From Ascoidea asiatica JCM 7603 (taxonomy: Eukaryota; Fungi; Ascomycota): a stretch of DNA of 64,000 nt. The position numbers and the translations under genes were made by a program. Every line of letters begins with the position of its first letter. Position 1 is the first letter of the stretch. Shown in pieces: positions 1 through 11,520 of this stretch. The stretch is taken from contig BCKQ01000011.1 in assembly GCA_001600695.1 (NCBI GenBank), forward strand, positions 523,238 through 587,237. The letters run 5' to 3'. The notes beneath the pieces were generated by a model. The model did no database searches and had not been told where the DNA came from. It saw only the letters and a list, made by a program, of their open reading frames with translations.

Positions 1-114
1 ATTAAAATATTTATTATTTGATAAATATGAAGAAGGTTGAATTAATTTAATTGAAGTTCCTTTAATATAAGTATTTGAATTTAAATTTGAATTTGAAAAT
101 GAGTTATAATTCAT
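1..114 (-). CDS. 5' end of a gene running off the left edge (MNYNSFSNSNLNSNTYIKGTSIKLIQPSS...)
   Basis: ATG at 114 followed by 38 open codons to the window edge; codon and Asn/Ser bias match neighbouring genes; product not identifiable. Confidence 0.4.
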   Translation of the reverse strand, partial: MNYNSFSNSNLNSNTYIKGTSIKLIQPSSYLSNNKYFN

Positions 115-839
115 TACTAGTTTAAAATTATTTTTTGTTTAAAAAAAAAAAAGATATGAATTCTAGCTATTTTATATCATTAATAATTAGATAAAAAACA
201 AAAGATATAAGAATTAGAATTGGATATAAATATATATAATAATATAATGAATAATGAATAATAAACTTGAATTGTAAATAGCAAAAATTAAATAAAGTTA
301 ATTAAAGTTTTTTGATTATAAATAATTTAATTTAAAAAAGAAGGATCTTTTAAAGTGAAAAATTTGATAATGTCAGAATATGATTTATATTTTCTTCTTG
401 TAATGATTTATGTTAAAAGGGATTGAATTATTTCATTGTTTGAAATAAATAAATTTTGAAATATTAAAGAAGAATATCATTGATCAATGAATGATATTTT
501 GGAAGATTGAGATCTTCAGATTATTCATTTGAAGTGAATGATAATGATAATGAAAATGGCAATTGCAACAGAAACTCTCTACTAAAAAGTGACACAAACC
601 ACAGATTTTAAGCACAGACAGAGATAAATAAGGAAATACAGAGAGATAGACATAATAAAGAAAATGGCAGCAGTGGAGGAATCTGTGGCTCTTTTCTGGC
701 TCTTCTCTGGCTCTTCTCTGGCAGCTGTTTTTGGTGTTTTTGGTGTTTTTGGTGCAAAGGAAAAGCAGTGAAATATTGAAATATCGAAATATCGATACAA
801 AGTTAAATACAGGAAATATAAAACAAAAAATTAAAAAAA

Positions 840-957
840 TGGCTGCAAGGAGGTTCGAACTCCTGCATCTCTCGATATCTGATTGCTCGCTTTTTTGTTA
901 AGTGAAAGTTAACAAGTAACTTGAGTCAGACGCCTTAGACCACTCGGCCATACAGCC
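840..957 (-). tRNA. tRNA-Leu(CAA) with a 36-nt intron (884-919)
   Basis: Minus strand GGCTGTATGGCCGAGTGGTCTAAGGCG, anticodon arm TCTGA-CT-CAA-G[intron]A-TCAGA, long variable arm, GGAGTTCGAACCTCC T-arm, TGCAGCCA end. Confidence 0.95.
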
Positions 958-1108
958 ACTTTCTTGTGGTTTTACGATTTGGAAGTTTTGACAGGCAGAG
1001 CTTCTAAGAGCTAGTGTGAGACCGGATTTATGGTACTTTTGTTCTAGACGACTGTTGCACACGTGCCGGAGGTGAAACGAATAAACAACAACAAAAGAAG
1101 ATGCAAAA

Positions 1109-1160
1109 GAAGCAGAAGCAGAAGCAGAAGAAGAAGAAGAAGAAGAAGAAGAAGAAGCAG
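1109..1160 (+). repeat. (GAAGCA)n/(GAA)n microsatellite
   Basis: Visible tandem run between the tRNA and VPS3. Confidence 0.9.
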
Positions 1161-1424
1161 GAAAGAAAGAAGAGGCAAAAGAAGTAAAAGAAGCTGATTC
1201 AATCATAAATCTTATCTTCCAGTCTTTCAGTCTTCAAAATAACTGACTTGGCCATATAGTCTTATCTTTCTAATCCATCGTGTAGCTTCTTTCCAACTTA
1301 GAAATGGATCTTGTGAGAAACTAAGTATCTGACACATCAACATATTAAAAGAAGAAAAGAATAATAAAAAGACCACCAAGAACAAGAATAAGAATAAAAG
1401 TTAATAGATAAAAGATAATGAGAA

Positions 1425-4400
1425 ATGGAAATGAACGAAGACAAAGATCCAGATTTAACTAATCAAAATCCCATTGATGACACTTCATCTTTTAAAAAAA
1501 CAAGTAATGTCAAAGAGCCAATTGAAAATATACAAAATGATCAAAAAAATGATTATAATAATGATCAAAACTCACTAATTGAAGGTGGAAAAATTTCAAT
1601 TGAGAATGATCAAGAACAACAAAGTCAATCATCTGAAATTATTAACAATGATTCATTAGAAGGAGCTAAAGAAAACAAAGAAACTGAAAAAACTGAAGAA
1701 ACTGAAGAAAATAACAATAATGAACAAATTAAAGAATCAAAACATATTCCAATTTCAATTTCAAATAACAATAACAATTTATCAAATCTTCAATTAATTA
1801 AAAATATTTCAAATGGTCCTTATTTTATTAAAAATTTATTAAATTCAGATAATTTTAATTCAATAACTAAAAATAATAATTTAACTTGTATTCAATCTTA
1901 TTTAAATAATATTTATATTGGTACTAAATCTTCTCAAATTTTTCATTATTATAAATTAAATAATGAATCAACTTATATTTTAATCTCAAAAACTGATTTC
2001 AATTCAATCAATTCAAATGATAATGATTCAACTATATCAAATGATATTACTAATAATAATAATAATAATAAATCTAATTCATCAAAAATTAAAAAAAAAT
2101 CAAAACAAATTAAATTAAAACCAATTTTAAAAATTATAATTTTACCTTCAATAAATAAAATTGCAATACAATCTGGTTCAATAATTAATTTTTTTTTATT
2201 ACCTGAATTATCTCCTGCAAATATTGGTAAATTAAAAGATATTAATGATTTTCATTTATTTAATAATAATAATTTAATTTTATATCATAAAAAATTAATT
2301 AGAATTGTTAAAATTACAAATAATTCTATAAAATTATTAAAAGATATTAATTATCCAAATGTTACTAAAGGTAAATCAAATTCAAATTATTCTTTAGTTT
2401 CAAATAATTTAAATTATGATTTAATTGATTTAAATAATTTTCAAAAAATTCCTTTATTTCCAATTTATGGTGATCAAAATAATCAATCTAATTCTTCTAC
2501 TGATAATAAAAATGATAATATTCCTGAAATTCAAGATAAATTATCTGATGATAATAATAATAATAGTACTACTACTAATCAACATAATAAATTAAAAAAT
2601 AAAACTTCATTGAAACCATTGATAAAAATAATTAATGAAAATGAATTTTTAGTCAGTTCTTCAACTGGTTCAAATTCTTCTGATCCTTCAATGGGTTTAT
2701 CAATAAACTTAAATGGTGATATATCAAGAGGTACAATTGCTTGGCCTTCTTATCCACTAAATTTTGAAATAGATTTTCCCTACACGATTTCAATTTTCAA
2801 TTCAAACAATTCGAATCATTCAAATAATTCAAACTCTAATCAAATTTTAATCAATTCCTTATATGATTTAAATTTATCTCAATCTATTCAATTTAATAAC
2901 TCAATAGATGAAATTTTAATTGGTAAAACTTTTAAGAAATTTCAATTTCAACTAGATTCATCAAATCTAAATAATAATGATGATCCTATAAAAGATTCAT
3001 TAATTGATTCTAATAATGATTCAGATTCAAATTTATTGAAATTATCTTCAATAATCTTAAAATTACAAATTAATTCATTTTTCTTGAATTTAAATGATTT
3101 AATAAAGTTTAAAAATCAATGTTTCAAAAAAAATTCAAATTTCAAAAATTTAATTTATAATAATGATAGTTTCACTAAAATCAATAAAATTAATAATAAA
3201 CTTTTATACAATCAATTTATAATATCAAATAATTTATCAATAAAAATCTTTTTAAATAATTTTTCAAATATTCTAATATACGGTAAACAAATTGGTATAA
3301 ATGTATTATTTAAAAAACCTTTTTTAATTAATTCAATAGATTCTTTGAATATTTTATTAAATGATTTAAAATCGACAAATTCAAATTTTGTAAATAAAAA
3401 TAAAAATAATTTAAATAATGATATAAGTAACTCAAATAAAATTAATGAACTAATTTTCAATTTCGAAGAGGAATTCAATACATTTTTAAATAAATTTAAA
3501 ATCTTTTTATCAAATAACAAAAACCCTGAAAATAAAATTGAATATTATTTAAATCAAGATAATTCAATTATTTTAAAAAATTTTGCTATTTTGAATGATA
3601 ATAATAATTTGATTTTATTATCAGATAAGATTAAAAAAATCAATGAGATTGAAAACTCAAAAAGTGATCAAAATAATGAAAAAATATATCAGCATAACAA
3701 TGAAAGTAGTTCATCTTCAAATACTGATGATCAAAACATATCATTAAATTCTACTGATCTAAATAATGGTGATGATTCAATAGAAATTCAATTTTTACAT
3801 TTTGATTTTTTACAAAATTTTATAAGTTTATTATACGTTTTGATTAGTTCATATTCTACAAATCCTTCAATAATTGATAAATTATTCAATTTTTGGACTG
3901 AATTTCATTTTCCAATAAATTGCTTATCTTTCACTAACTTTAATGAATTTGAAACAAAGTTTTCAGCTTTATTATTCCAATTAAATTTTACTTTAGATCC
4001 AAGAATTTTAATTCACATAAACTTGAAATTATCAATGCTTGAAAAGAAAAATCTTGTTAGTAATTTAAAACTAGTGAAAGACAAGCAGTTAAGAGTTGAA
4101 AAGGAGAAAGAACTTTCCAATTTTTTCAATATTAATGACTGCATTGACTGTTTAGATTTATCAAATGTTCATATATATAATCCATTTCTTGAAATTATTG
4201 ATGTCTTTTTGAAAAGATTTCAACTGAAACTACAAAAGAATGAAAACGAACCAATTTATAATAAATTCTCAAACTATTACAAACTAATATTACATGATTG
4301 GTTAAACAAATCAAAAGACTTAATTGATTCATATAATAAATTATTAGATGGTCAGCGGTATAAAATATATGATTTAAAACTTGAGCAAATCAAACTTATT

Positions 4401-6269
4401 TCAAAAACAGTTGAAATTGCTTTATTCTTACAATTATTAAAAGAGGTTCAGAATACCAAAGATGTCAATAATAGTGAACTCAAAAGTTTCCTAAAAAATA
4501 ACATTCACTATTCAAAAAGTGAAGTACTTAAAATCCTTGAGAAAACTGAAAAGTTTGATTATATTATCGAGTTTTTAGAACACAAAAATGAAATTAATAA
4601 CTATCAATATTGGGATATAATATTCAACTCAATTGAATCCTCAAGTGGTGAATCGAGAATTATTTTAACAATTAAACTAGAAGGAAAAATTCAAAAGCTA
4701 CTTGACTTTTTTACCTCTTCAAAAGAAGTGGATATCGAAATTTTATACAAGATAATGCATAATATAATATTGAAAAAGAAGTATATAGAGAATTATAAAG
4801 AGTTAATCATAAAAATAATTTTAACCAAAGGTGTTATTAATACAATTGAAAAAGAAAAAGCATTTGAAATATTAGAATGTTTTGAAAGTAGTTCTAGAAA
4901 AATAATCAAAGAGATAGACAGATCTCATATAAATCAAAAGACAAAAGTAATTAATTATGAGAGATTAGATTCTCATGATGCAAAAATTATATATTTGGAA
5001 GCCTTGATGAAAACTGATAGTCAGTTAGATTTAACTTCAGACATTAAAAATGATTTACTTAAAGAATATGTGAGATATATAACTAACATTATAAAAAAAG
5101 AAGAAGAAGCTAAAATGGGTTCAAAAGAGCCTCCAAAAACCCCAGTACAGGAACAATCAACTCTCGACAGTTGGTTTAGAAGAAACCCCAAGCATAAGAG
5201 TCCAAAACAATCACGCAGATTATCTGATGATAGTGCTTCAAATCTGGAGAATATGAAAACTGGAAACTTTCTTCCCGAAGATAAATTTAAAATCAATTAT
5301 ATCTTTGGAAACATAATACAGAAATATAAGGATAAAAATGATACAATTCCAAAAGAATCATTTCTTGAATATTTAAAATTGGAAAATGAAATTTTAGGTA
5401 AGAAACAATACGGATTTCAATTGAGAAGTTCAATGGAAGATCATAATGAAGATTTTAGAAGCTATAAAAATGTTTTGAAATTCATTGATTATTTCTTTCG
5501 GATAACGGATTTCATTTATTTTAATATTGATACAGATTCATTTGAGGACAAAATATTAGAAAATTATCGAATGGAAATTTTCAATAGAAGTTATAAGTTT
5601 CAGGATATTGAAATTTTGGATAATTTACTCGATATTTACAAGAGGTTATATCCATTAAAGGAATTTTTCAATTATATATTGATTGTTATTGATTTTAAGT
5701 TAAAAAATTATGATGAAGTTGTAGATAAATTATTTGAAATGAATGATTTTAATACAGTTGAAAATTTTGCTTCTTGTAATGGAGAATCTTTGGATATAAT
5801 ATCTTTTAAAGACAATAAATATGATGATGATGATGAAGAAAAAACACTTAATAATGATAATGAAGATGACATAAAAGAACAAGGAAATACTAAAATAGAA
5901 AAATACGAAAATTATTCTGAAAAACATTTAGATATTGAAATTGAAAATGAAGATAATCTAGATATAAAAATATTAAGAAAGCATTTGTTTACAAAAATTT
6001 TTGATAATTATATTGAAAAGCTAAAATTGAAAGAAGATGATGAAAAGCAAGAAGAAAAAATTGAATTAGTTGAAAATTTTTTATTTTACTATACATATGA
6101 ATTAAATATTTCTAGAGTTTTAAAAGAATTACCAGATGAAATTTCAGTTAAATTTTTAAGTAAAATTTTAATTAAAAGTATTTTAAATGTTAATAATAGA
6201 TATAATATGAGTGTGATAAAGAAAAATTTAGCCAGAAGTGAATTGAATTTATATAAAGATTTTCTATAG
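1425..6269 (+). CDS. VPS3: Vps3-like CORVET subunit (CNH domain, Vam6/Vps39/TRAP1 family), expanded by Asn-rich insertions
   Basis: 1614-aa ORF; motifs GPYFIKNL, NIYIGT, FLLPELSP, RGTIAWPSYP; C-terminal helical region ending IKKNLARSE. Confidence 0.8.
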   Translation: MEMNEDKDPDLTNQNPIDDTSSFKKTSNVKEPIENIQNDQKNDYNNDQNSLIEGGKISIENDQEQQSQSSEIINNDSLEGAKENKETEKTEETEENNNNEQIKESKHIPISISNNNNNLSNLQLIKNISNGPYFIKNLLNSDNFNSITKNNNLTCIQSYLNNIYIGTKSSQIFHYYKLNNESTYILISKTDFNSINSNDNDSTISNDITNNNNNNKSNSSKIKKKSKQIKLKPILKIIILPSINKIAIQSGSIINFFLLPELSPANIGKLKDINDFHLFNNNNLILYHKKLIRIVKITNNSIKLLKDINYPNVTKGKSNSNYSLVSNNLNYDLIDLNNFQKIPLFPIYGDQNNQSNSSTDNKNDNIPEIQDKLSDDNNNNSTTTNQHNKLKNKTSLKPLIKIINENEFLVSSSTGSNSSDPSMGLSINLNGDISRGTIAWPSYPLNFEIDFPYTISIFNSNNSNHSNNSNSNQILINSLYDLNLSQSIQFNNSIDEILIGKTFKKFQFQLDSSNLNNNDDPIKDSLIDSNNDSDSNLLKLSSIILKLQINSFFLNLNDLIKFKNQCFKKNSNFKNLIYNNDSFTKINKINNKLLYNQFIISNNLSIKIFLNNFSNILIYGKQIGINVLFKKPFLINSIDSLNILLNDLKSTNSNFVNKNKNNLNNDISNSNKINELIFNFEEEFNTFLNKFKIFLSNNKNPENKIEYYLNQDNSIILKNFAILNDNNNLILLSDKIKKINEIENSKSDQNNEKIYQHNNESSSSSNTDDQNISLNSTDLNNGDDSIEIQFLHFDFLQNFISLLYVLISSYSTNPSIIDKLFNFWTEFHFPINCLSFTNFNEFETKFSALLFQLNFTLDPRILIHINLKLSMLEKKNLVSNLKLVKDKQLRVEKEKELSNFFNINDCIDCLDLSNVHIYNPFLEIIDVFLKRFQLKLQKNENEPIYNKFSNYYKLILHDWLNKSKDLIDSYNKLLDGQRYKIYDLKLEQIKLISKTVEIALFLQLLKEVQNTKDVNNSELKSFLKNNIHYSKSEVLKILEKTEKFDYIIEFLEHKNEINNYQYWDIIFNSIESSSGESRIILTIKLEGKIQKLLDFFTSSKEVDIEILYKIMHNIILKKKYIENYKELIIKIILTKGVINTIEKEKAFEILECFESSSRKIIKEIDRSHINQKTKVINYERLDSHDAKIIYLEALMKTDSQLDLTSDIKNDLLKEYVRYITNIIKKEEEAKMGSKEPPKTPVQEQSTLDSWFRRNPKHKSPKQSRRLSDDSASNLENMKTGNFLPEDKFKINYIFGNIIQKYKDKNDTIPKESFLEYLKLENEILGKKQYGFQLRSSMEDHNEDFRSYKNVLKFIDYFFRITDFIYFNIDTDSFEDKILENYRMEIFNRSYKFQDIEILDNLLDIYKRLYPLKEFFNYILIVIDFKLKNYDEVVDKLFEMNDFNTVENFASCNGESLDIISFKDNKYDDDDEEKTLNNDNEDDIKEQGNTKIEKYENYSEKHLDIEIENEDNLDIKILRKHLFTKIFDNYIEKLKLKEDDEKQEEKIELVENFLFYYTYELNISRVLKELPDEISVKFLSKILIKSILNVNNRYNMSVIKKNLARSELNLYKDFL

Positions 6270-6509
6270 TTTAAAGAATTAAGTAATAATATCAAATAAT
6301 TTGGAACATTGAAAATTATAAATTATAAATAAAACAAGGACCATGGAAATTGAAATTTATGAATTTTGAAAAAATGAAAATGATGAGTATTATACAAAAC
6401 AAACCAGAACAAAAAGGGTGAAAAAAAAAATCTAAGTTTCAAAAAGAGAAAAAAGTAAAAGTTTTAATGATTTTTGATAAAAAGATAATTTAAGTTAAGT
6501 TAGATTAGA

Positions 6510-7466
6510 CTAAGATAAATGCTCCACAACAAAATCAAAAGCAGTTATACCAGCTGCGTTTGCTGGAAAACTTCTCATAATTGAAGGTACAAAACCTTTA
6601 AAAAACCCCTTTAAACCTCTATTTTTGTATACAAATCTAATTACAATTGGAATATTATTTTTGAATTTTGGATTTTTGATATTATCGGTCATTATAATTT
6701 GTCTTATTACATCAGCTGGATAACCAATTGACCAAAATACAATTGAAGATAAACCACCAGCCCAGAAATTAATTGAAATTTTAGATAAATTAGTATTATT
6801 AGTAAAATAATTTTTGAAATACTCATAAGAACCCCACCAAGAGGCAGAATTTGTTCTAAATAATAAAGTTGAAGGTAAACCAGAATATAAACCTTTAATA
6901 CCATTTAGTTTATAGATTGTTTTAACACAATCTATTGGACCATTGAATTTTTTTGAATGAGAATCATATTGAATTTGTAATCTTGATTTGATTTGTTCTA
7001 AAGGAGCTGCAATAAAAGAAACAGTCCAACCACTTAAAGCACCAGCCATACAATGACCAATTATTGGTAAATTATTATTATTAAAATTTCTTTGATCGGA
7101 ATTTCTTAAGTTAAAAACATTATCATATAGTAGTTTTCTATAAGTATGTAAAGTACCTAAAGTTACACAATCCATCATAATCCAAGATAATAAAGAAGGA
7201 GATACACCTTTATAAAAACCTTTTGCACCTTCATTTTGAAAAGTTTTTAAAGCTGCATCAAGTGGATTTTTGAATCTATTTTCAGAAGTTTGCATTCTAA
7301 CTTTTATTGTATCAAATGGATGACCAACTATAGTTTCTGAAGCTCCATAGAATATTCCACCAATAAATGAAACATAACCAGGATGAATATTATTATCATC
7401 TTTTAATTTTTTATTCTTTTCAATTTCTAAAATATTGGTTACTGTTTCATTTTGATATTCAGCCAT
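6510..7466 (-). CDS. Mitochondrial carrier (SLC25), carnitine/ornithine/YMC-like subgroup
   Basis: Three PX[DE]XX[KR] signatures: HPFDTIKVR, APLEQIKSR, YPADVIRQ. Confidence 0.9.
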   Translation of the reverse strand: MAEYQNETVTNILEIEKNKKLKDDNNIHPGYVSFIGGIFYGASETIVGHPFDTIKVRMQTSENRFKNPLDAALKTFQNEGAKGFYKGVSPSLLSWIMMDCVTLGTLHTYRKLLYDNVFNLRNSDQRNFNNNNLPIIGHCMAGALSGWTVSFIAAPLEQIKSRLQIQYDSHSKKFNGPIDCVKTIYKLNGIKGLYSGLPSTLLFRTNSASWWGSYEYFKNYFTNNTNLSKISINFWAGGLSSIVFWSIGYPADVIRQIIMTDNIKNPKFKNNIPIVIRFVYKNRGLKGFFKGFVPSIMRSFPANAAGITAFDFVVEHLS

Positions 7467-8395
7467 TTTTTAAAAAATGTAGAGTAAATGAATTGCAAAT
7501 TGAAAAGTAAATTGAAAAAAACAAATTTGAAAAATAAGATTAAATTTCTATATCAAGATATAAAACATTTAAGTTATTCAATAGTTTAAATGAGTAATTA
7601 TCAATAAAGGAATATTAATTTAAATAAATATAATAAAAATGAATTTAAATAAATATGAATAAACTTGAATCAAAACACTAAAAAGAGAATGAATTCAACC
7701 AAAAAGTGATAAAGTGATGAATTAATTGATAACGTAAAAAAGGTGTATTTTGAATGAAGAAATTGAAACTTAAATAGGCGAAACTAAGATAATTTAATCA
7801 TGAATGATTTAACCATGAATGATAAATACTGTCTTTCTGATTTTGAATTAGCTCATAGTGATTGTTAGGTTAGTAAATTAATTAGTGGTTATTGTGATTA
7901 ATGGTGAATATTTCGTTCCAAATTCATAAAAGAAGCCTATTGCAACTCATTCATTCATTTCGCAGTTTATGCCAATCAAAGACTGCTTCTCACGCCAAAC
8001 CACGTTGCGCGCATTTTCCAGCGGCGGGATCCCTTTCCCGGCCCGCAGAGCTTCCACAATTCTGGCCTCTATTATTTTAATACCACTGGTGTGGATCTTG
8101 TTGATATTCTTTATATCAGTGTATTTCTGCTTGGATTTGCATACTACTATGTCATAATGCATTTTGTTTTTCCAATAAGAGCCCTAATGCTTTCCAATGC
8201 TGAAATATGTGTCTAAACAGTCTCTCCGTCTTATCTAGAAGATCTGCTGCAATTGACGTTTTTCCGTATTCGGTACCACTTTTAGGGGTCTCCTCCTACA
8301 AATTGCCCAATTAAACCCTGAATTTAGTTTTACAAAATATATTATTTATTTTATATTATTTATATACTTTGAATTATTCCCATTTGAAATATAAG

Positions 8396-10168
8396 TTATT
8401 CTTTTTGAGTGAAATATTCATATTCGTAACTTGCATTTATAAGTTCTTTGATATTTTCATCATTATTAGTTTTAGTAAAACATTTTTCAATTAATTCCGG
8501 ATCTCTTGGTTCCAAAATAATATTGAATGCCTTTGGTGCATATGTTTGAGCTTTTGTATCTTTACAATATGTTTTATAATTCAAATCAAGTTTATCATCT
8601 TTTGAGCTTGGTTTAACTTTAAATAATAATAATAATCTTGCAAAAAATGCAAATAATATTCTATTGGATAATAGCATTCCAGGACAAACTCTACCACCTG
8701 CTCCAAATGTGAAATGATATGGAGGTTTATTGAAATTATAATTATTTAAAGAACCATCATTTTCTTTATCTAACCATCTTTCAGGTTTAAATTCTTCAAC
8801 ATCATTTCCAAAATGATTTTTATCATGATTAATTGATTGAATATTTAATATAACTGTTATACCTTTTGGAATATTAACAATTTCACCTTCTTCAGTTTTA
8901 TAATCAAAGCTTTTCATTGTTTTTCTTGGAGGACATAATGGTATAACTGCATAATGTCTTAAAGTTTCTTTAATTAATGAACATATAAATGGGCATTTTT
9001 CTTCAATTGTTATTAAATCCCAAATTTCTTCAATATTTTTAATATTTTCATTATTATAAACTTTTAAAATTTCTTCATATGCTTTATTTTGCCAAATTTC
9101 TCCATTTTTATTAAATGTTAATTGTGCTAATAAAATTGTAGTTATACTTGCTAAAGTTTCAAATCCTCCACTTACTAATGAAACACAAATACTTTTTATA
9201 TCTTCAGTATTTAAATCTTTATTTAAATTATTAACAAAACAAAATTTATTTTCTTTTTCTTTTTCTTTAATATTATTATCAATTGCTTTATTTAATAAAT
9301 CATTTAACCAAACATCTCTTTTATTTGAATAAATTGAAGCTTCTTTTGATCTTTTATTTGGTAAAATTCTAAGTAAAGGTATATAATCAATTAAATTATT
9401 ATTCGTTGATCTATAGGTTGAAATATGAGAAACTAATTCTAAAATTTCATTTAATAAATTTGTTTCAATATTATCAAATCTAGTTGAATAACAAAACATT
9501 GTTGTAACATTTAATGACATTCTTTGACAAAATTTATATGGATTAACCTTATTATTATTAGAAGAATATTTATATAAATCTCTTAAAATTGAAAAAGATT
9601 CAATATTTACAAAATTTTTTAAATCTTTTGAAATTTTTGTTCTTGTCATAAATTTATTAATATTCAATCTTCTTTTTGAACAAGATTTATTCCATGGCAT
9701 TGTACCAACAGTTAAACCTTGAGTAATTGATAAAAATTTATGAAAAGTATAAAAAATTGGTCTATCTATTAAATTGAACTGATTTTTAATTAAAAAATTA
9801 TAACCAGAATTGAAATTATTTAAAATTAAAATTCTTTCATAACCAAATTTAACTTGAACTAAATCTTTATTTTTTGAAATATTTTGTAAAATTGTTGAAT
9901 GATCATTTTTTAATAATTTTAAATGTCCAAAAAATGGTTTAATTCCATTTGGCTGATAAATTCCTTTAATCTTAGAAAAATTTGAACCAAATGCCTGATC
10001 ATATAGTTTATAAATTGAATAAAAAATTAAGAAAATAAAACTTGAATTTAAAATTATTGAATTCAATTCTTTATTATTTATTATATCATTTATTGTATTA
10101 TTATTCTTAAAAGTATTCTCAAGATAATTAGATGAATTCTTAAATTCTTTAATAATTAATTCAATCAT
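8396..10168 (-). CDS. Cytochrome P450, CYP504-like (phenylacetate hydroxylase family)
   Basis: N-terminal TM; RPIFYTFHK..QGLTVGTMPW..C.KRR resembles PhacA; GGFET, ETLR, PERW, FGAGGRVCPG heme motif. Confidence 0.88.
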   Translation of the reverse strand: MIELIIKEFKNSSNYLENTFKNNNTINDIINNKELNSIILNSSFIFLIFYSIYKLYDQAFGSNFSKIKGIYQPNGIKPFFGHLKLLKNDHSTILQNISKNKDLVQVKFGYERILILNNFNSGYNFLIKNQFNLIDRPIFYTFHKFLSITQGLTVGTMPWNKSCSKRRLNINKFMTRTKISKDLKNFVNIESFSILRDLYKYSSNNNKVNPYKFCQRMSLNVTTMFCYSTRFDNIETNLLNEILELVSHISTYRSTNNNLIDYIPLLRILPNKRSKEASIYSNKRDVWLNDLLNKAIDNNIKEKEKENKFCFVNNLNKDLNTEDIKSICVSLVSGGFETLASITTILLAQLTFNKNGEIWQNKAYEEILKVYNNENIKNIEEIWDLITIEEKCPFICSLIKETLRHYAVIPLCPPRKTMKSFDYKTEEGEIVNIPKGITVILNIQSINHDKNHFGNDVEEFKPERWLDKENDGSLNNYNFNKPPYHFTFGAGGRVCPGMLLSNRILFAFFARLLLLFKVKPSSKDDKLDLNYKTYCKDTKAQTYAPKAFNIILEPRDPELIEKCFTKTNNDENIKELINASYEYEYFTQKE

Positions 10169-11520
10169 CTTTTCACTGAGATTTGCATATACAGTATATA
10201 ATAAAAATTAGATTGAATCAAAAGAAATGATTTAATTTAAATGAAGCCATTTGAAAAAAAGTATAAACAGGATTAAAAAGAATAGCAAAGATATTTATAT
10301 ATATAACTAATTTACCCCATTGAATCATCATATTTCTCTAGTACATTAATTATTAAATAACCATAAATCTCGATGAAATATTTAATATTCAATCATAAAG
10401 GACTTTTGTATAGTCTTTATACACAGAGTTTAAGAGTGGTAAAATAGAACGATCCGATATTTGTGGGGACAAGAACGGTAAAATGCGACACCAAACAAAT
10501 CAAGCACAAATCAAATATAAATCAAAATAAAGATCCAGGCAGAAATCAAACAAAATTCAGCTGACATCAGCTCAGATCAAACACAAATTCTGGTGAACAA
10601 GGTTGAGAAGAAATAAATATAAATAGTCAAAAAATTAGTTTTGCTAAGGCTTCATAAAGTTTCCTTCAGCTTCCTCAAGTTCATTGCGGTTTATTAGAGG
10701 TTACTCGTTTCTAAAGGAAAAATCCTATTCAAAAGCTTAGGCTAAATCCGAAAAAGCTTGTATTCTCAGTTACTCAGGTTAATCTTGGGTAGATTATCAC
10801 TTATCATAAGAAACATAAAAGAAGTAACTTAAATGAAAAAAACGAATCATAAATAAAAAAGTGCAATGATTCGATTAGTTCTTAATACCTGCTGATAAAG
10901 AAGAAAATGAGATTTGGAAAAACCGACGCCAGCTTGCTGGAAGCTTTGGTCGCAGTAACAGTCGGAAAAAACCTGAATAGGAAATGCTTTTCGACCTGAC
11001 TTTGGGCGGGAGCTTAAACCTTATTAGGATTTATGGCATACGAATGCATATATTTAGGGATGGGAAAATGACCCGAAGTGAGCTTTGAATGTCCCGAATA
11101 TTTTTGGTGTTCCCGTTCATGTTACGCAGCGCCATTATCAACGCATTAAGTGCCCCAACAATTTACCAATAATTAGCCACTTTTGTAGAAACGGGGTGGT
11201 CAAAAAGGCTGGATTCTGGTGGCGCACGCGTTGCACTGCCGCTTCTTCATTTTCTTCGTTTTTCGCTTCTTTTCTGGTGAGTATTTTCTCAGTATTCTCT
11301 CTGTGGCGAGGGCCTAGGATTTGGGCTTTTTTGAATCAATACTAGTGACTGAAATTTTATTTTTAACGTTAACTTACTCATACTCTTTCACTCAATCAAT
11401 CATTATATTAAATTTTATTTCTATTTGAACTTAATATTTTTTTGTACCTGAAATTATTTTCAAAGAAAAGATACTATATTATAATATATTTCAAAAGTTA
11501 ATTGAATTCAATCTTGAAAA

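Noticed and set aside
840-957. Possible CUG-reassignment tRNA
   Set aside because: The anticodon is CAA with normal U33; nothing here demonstrates an altered code, although CTG codons look rare
582-1206. Short ORFs 582-800 and 898-1206
   Set aside because: Non-ATG starts or low complexity; the second overlaps tRNA-Leu and translates the GAA microsatellite
3212-6295. Antisense ORFs inside VPS3 (similar ones occur inside SCD6, vWA and LRR genes)
   Set aside because: Shadow frames of AT-rich coding sequence with no motifs
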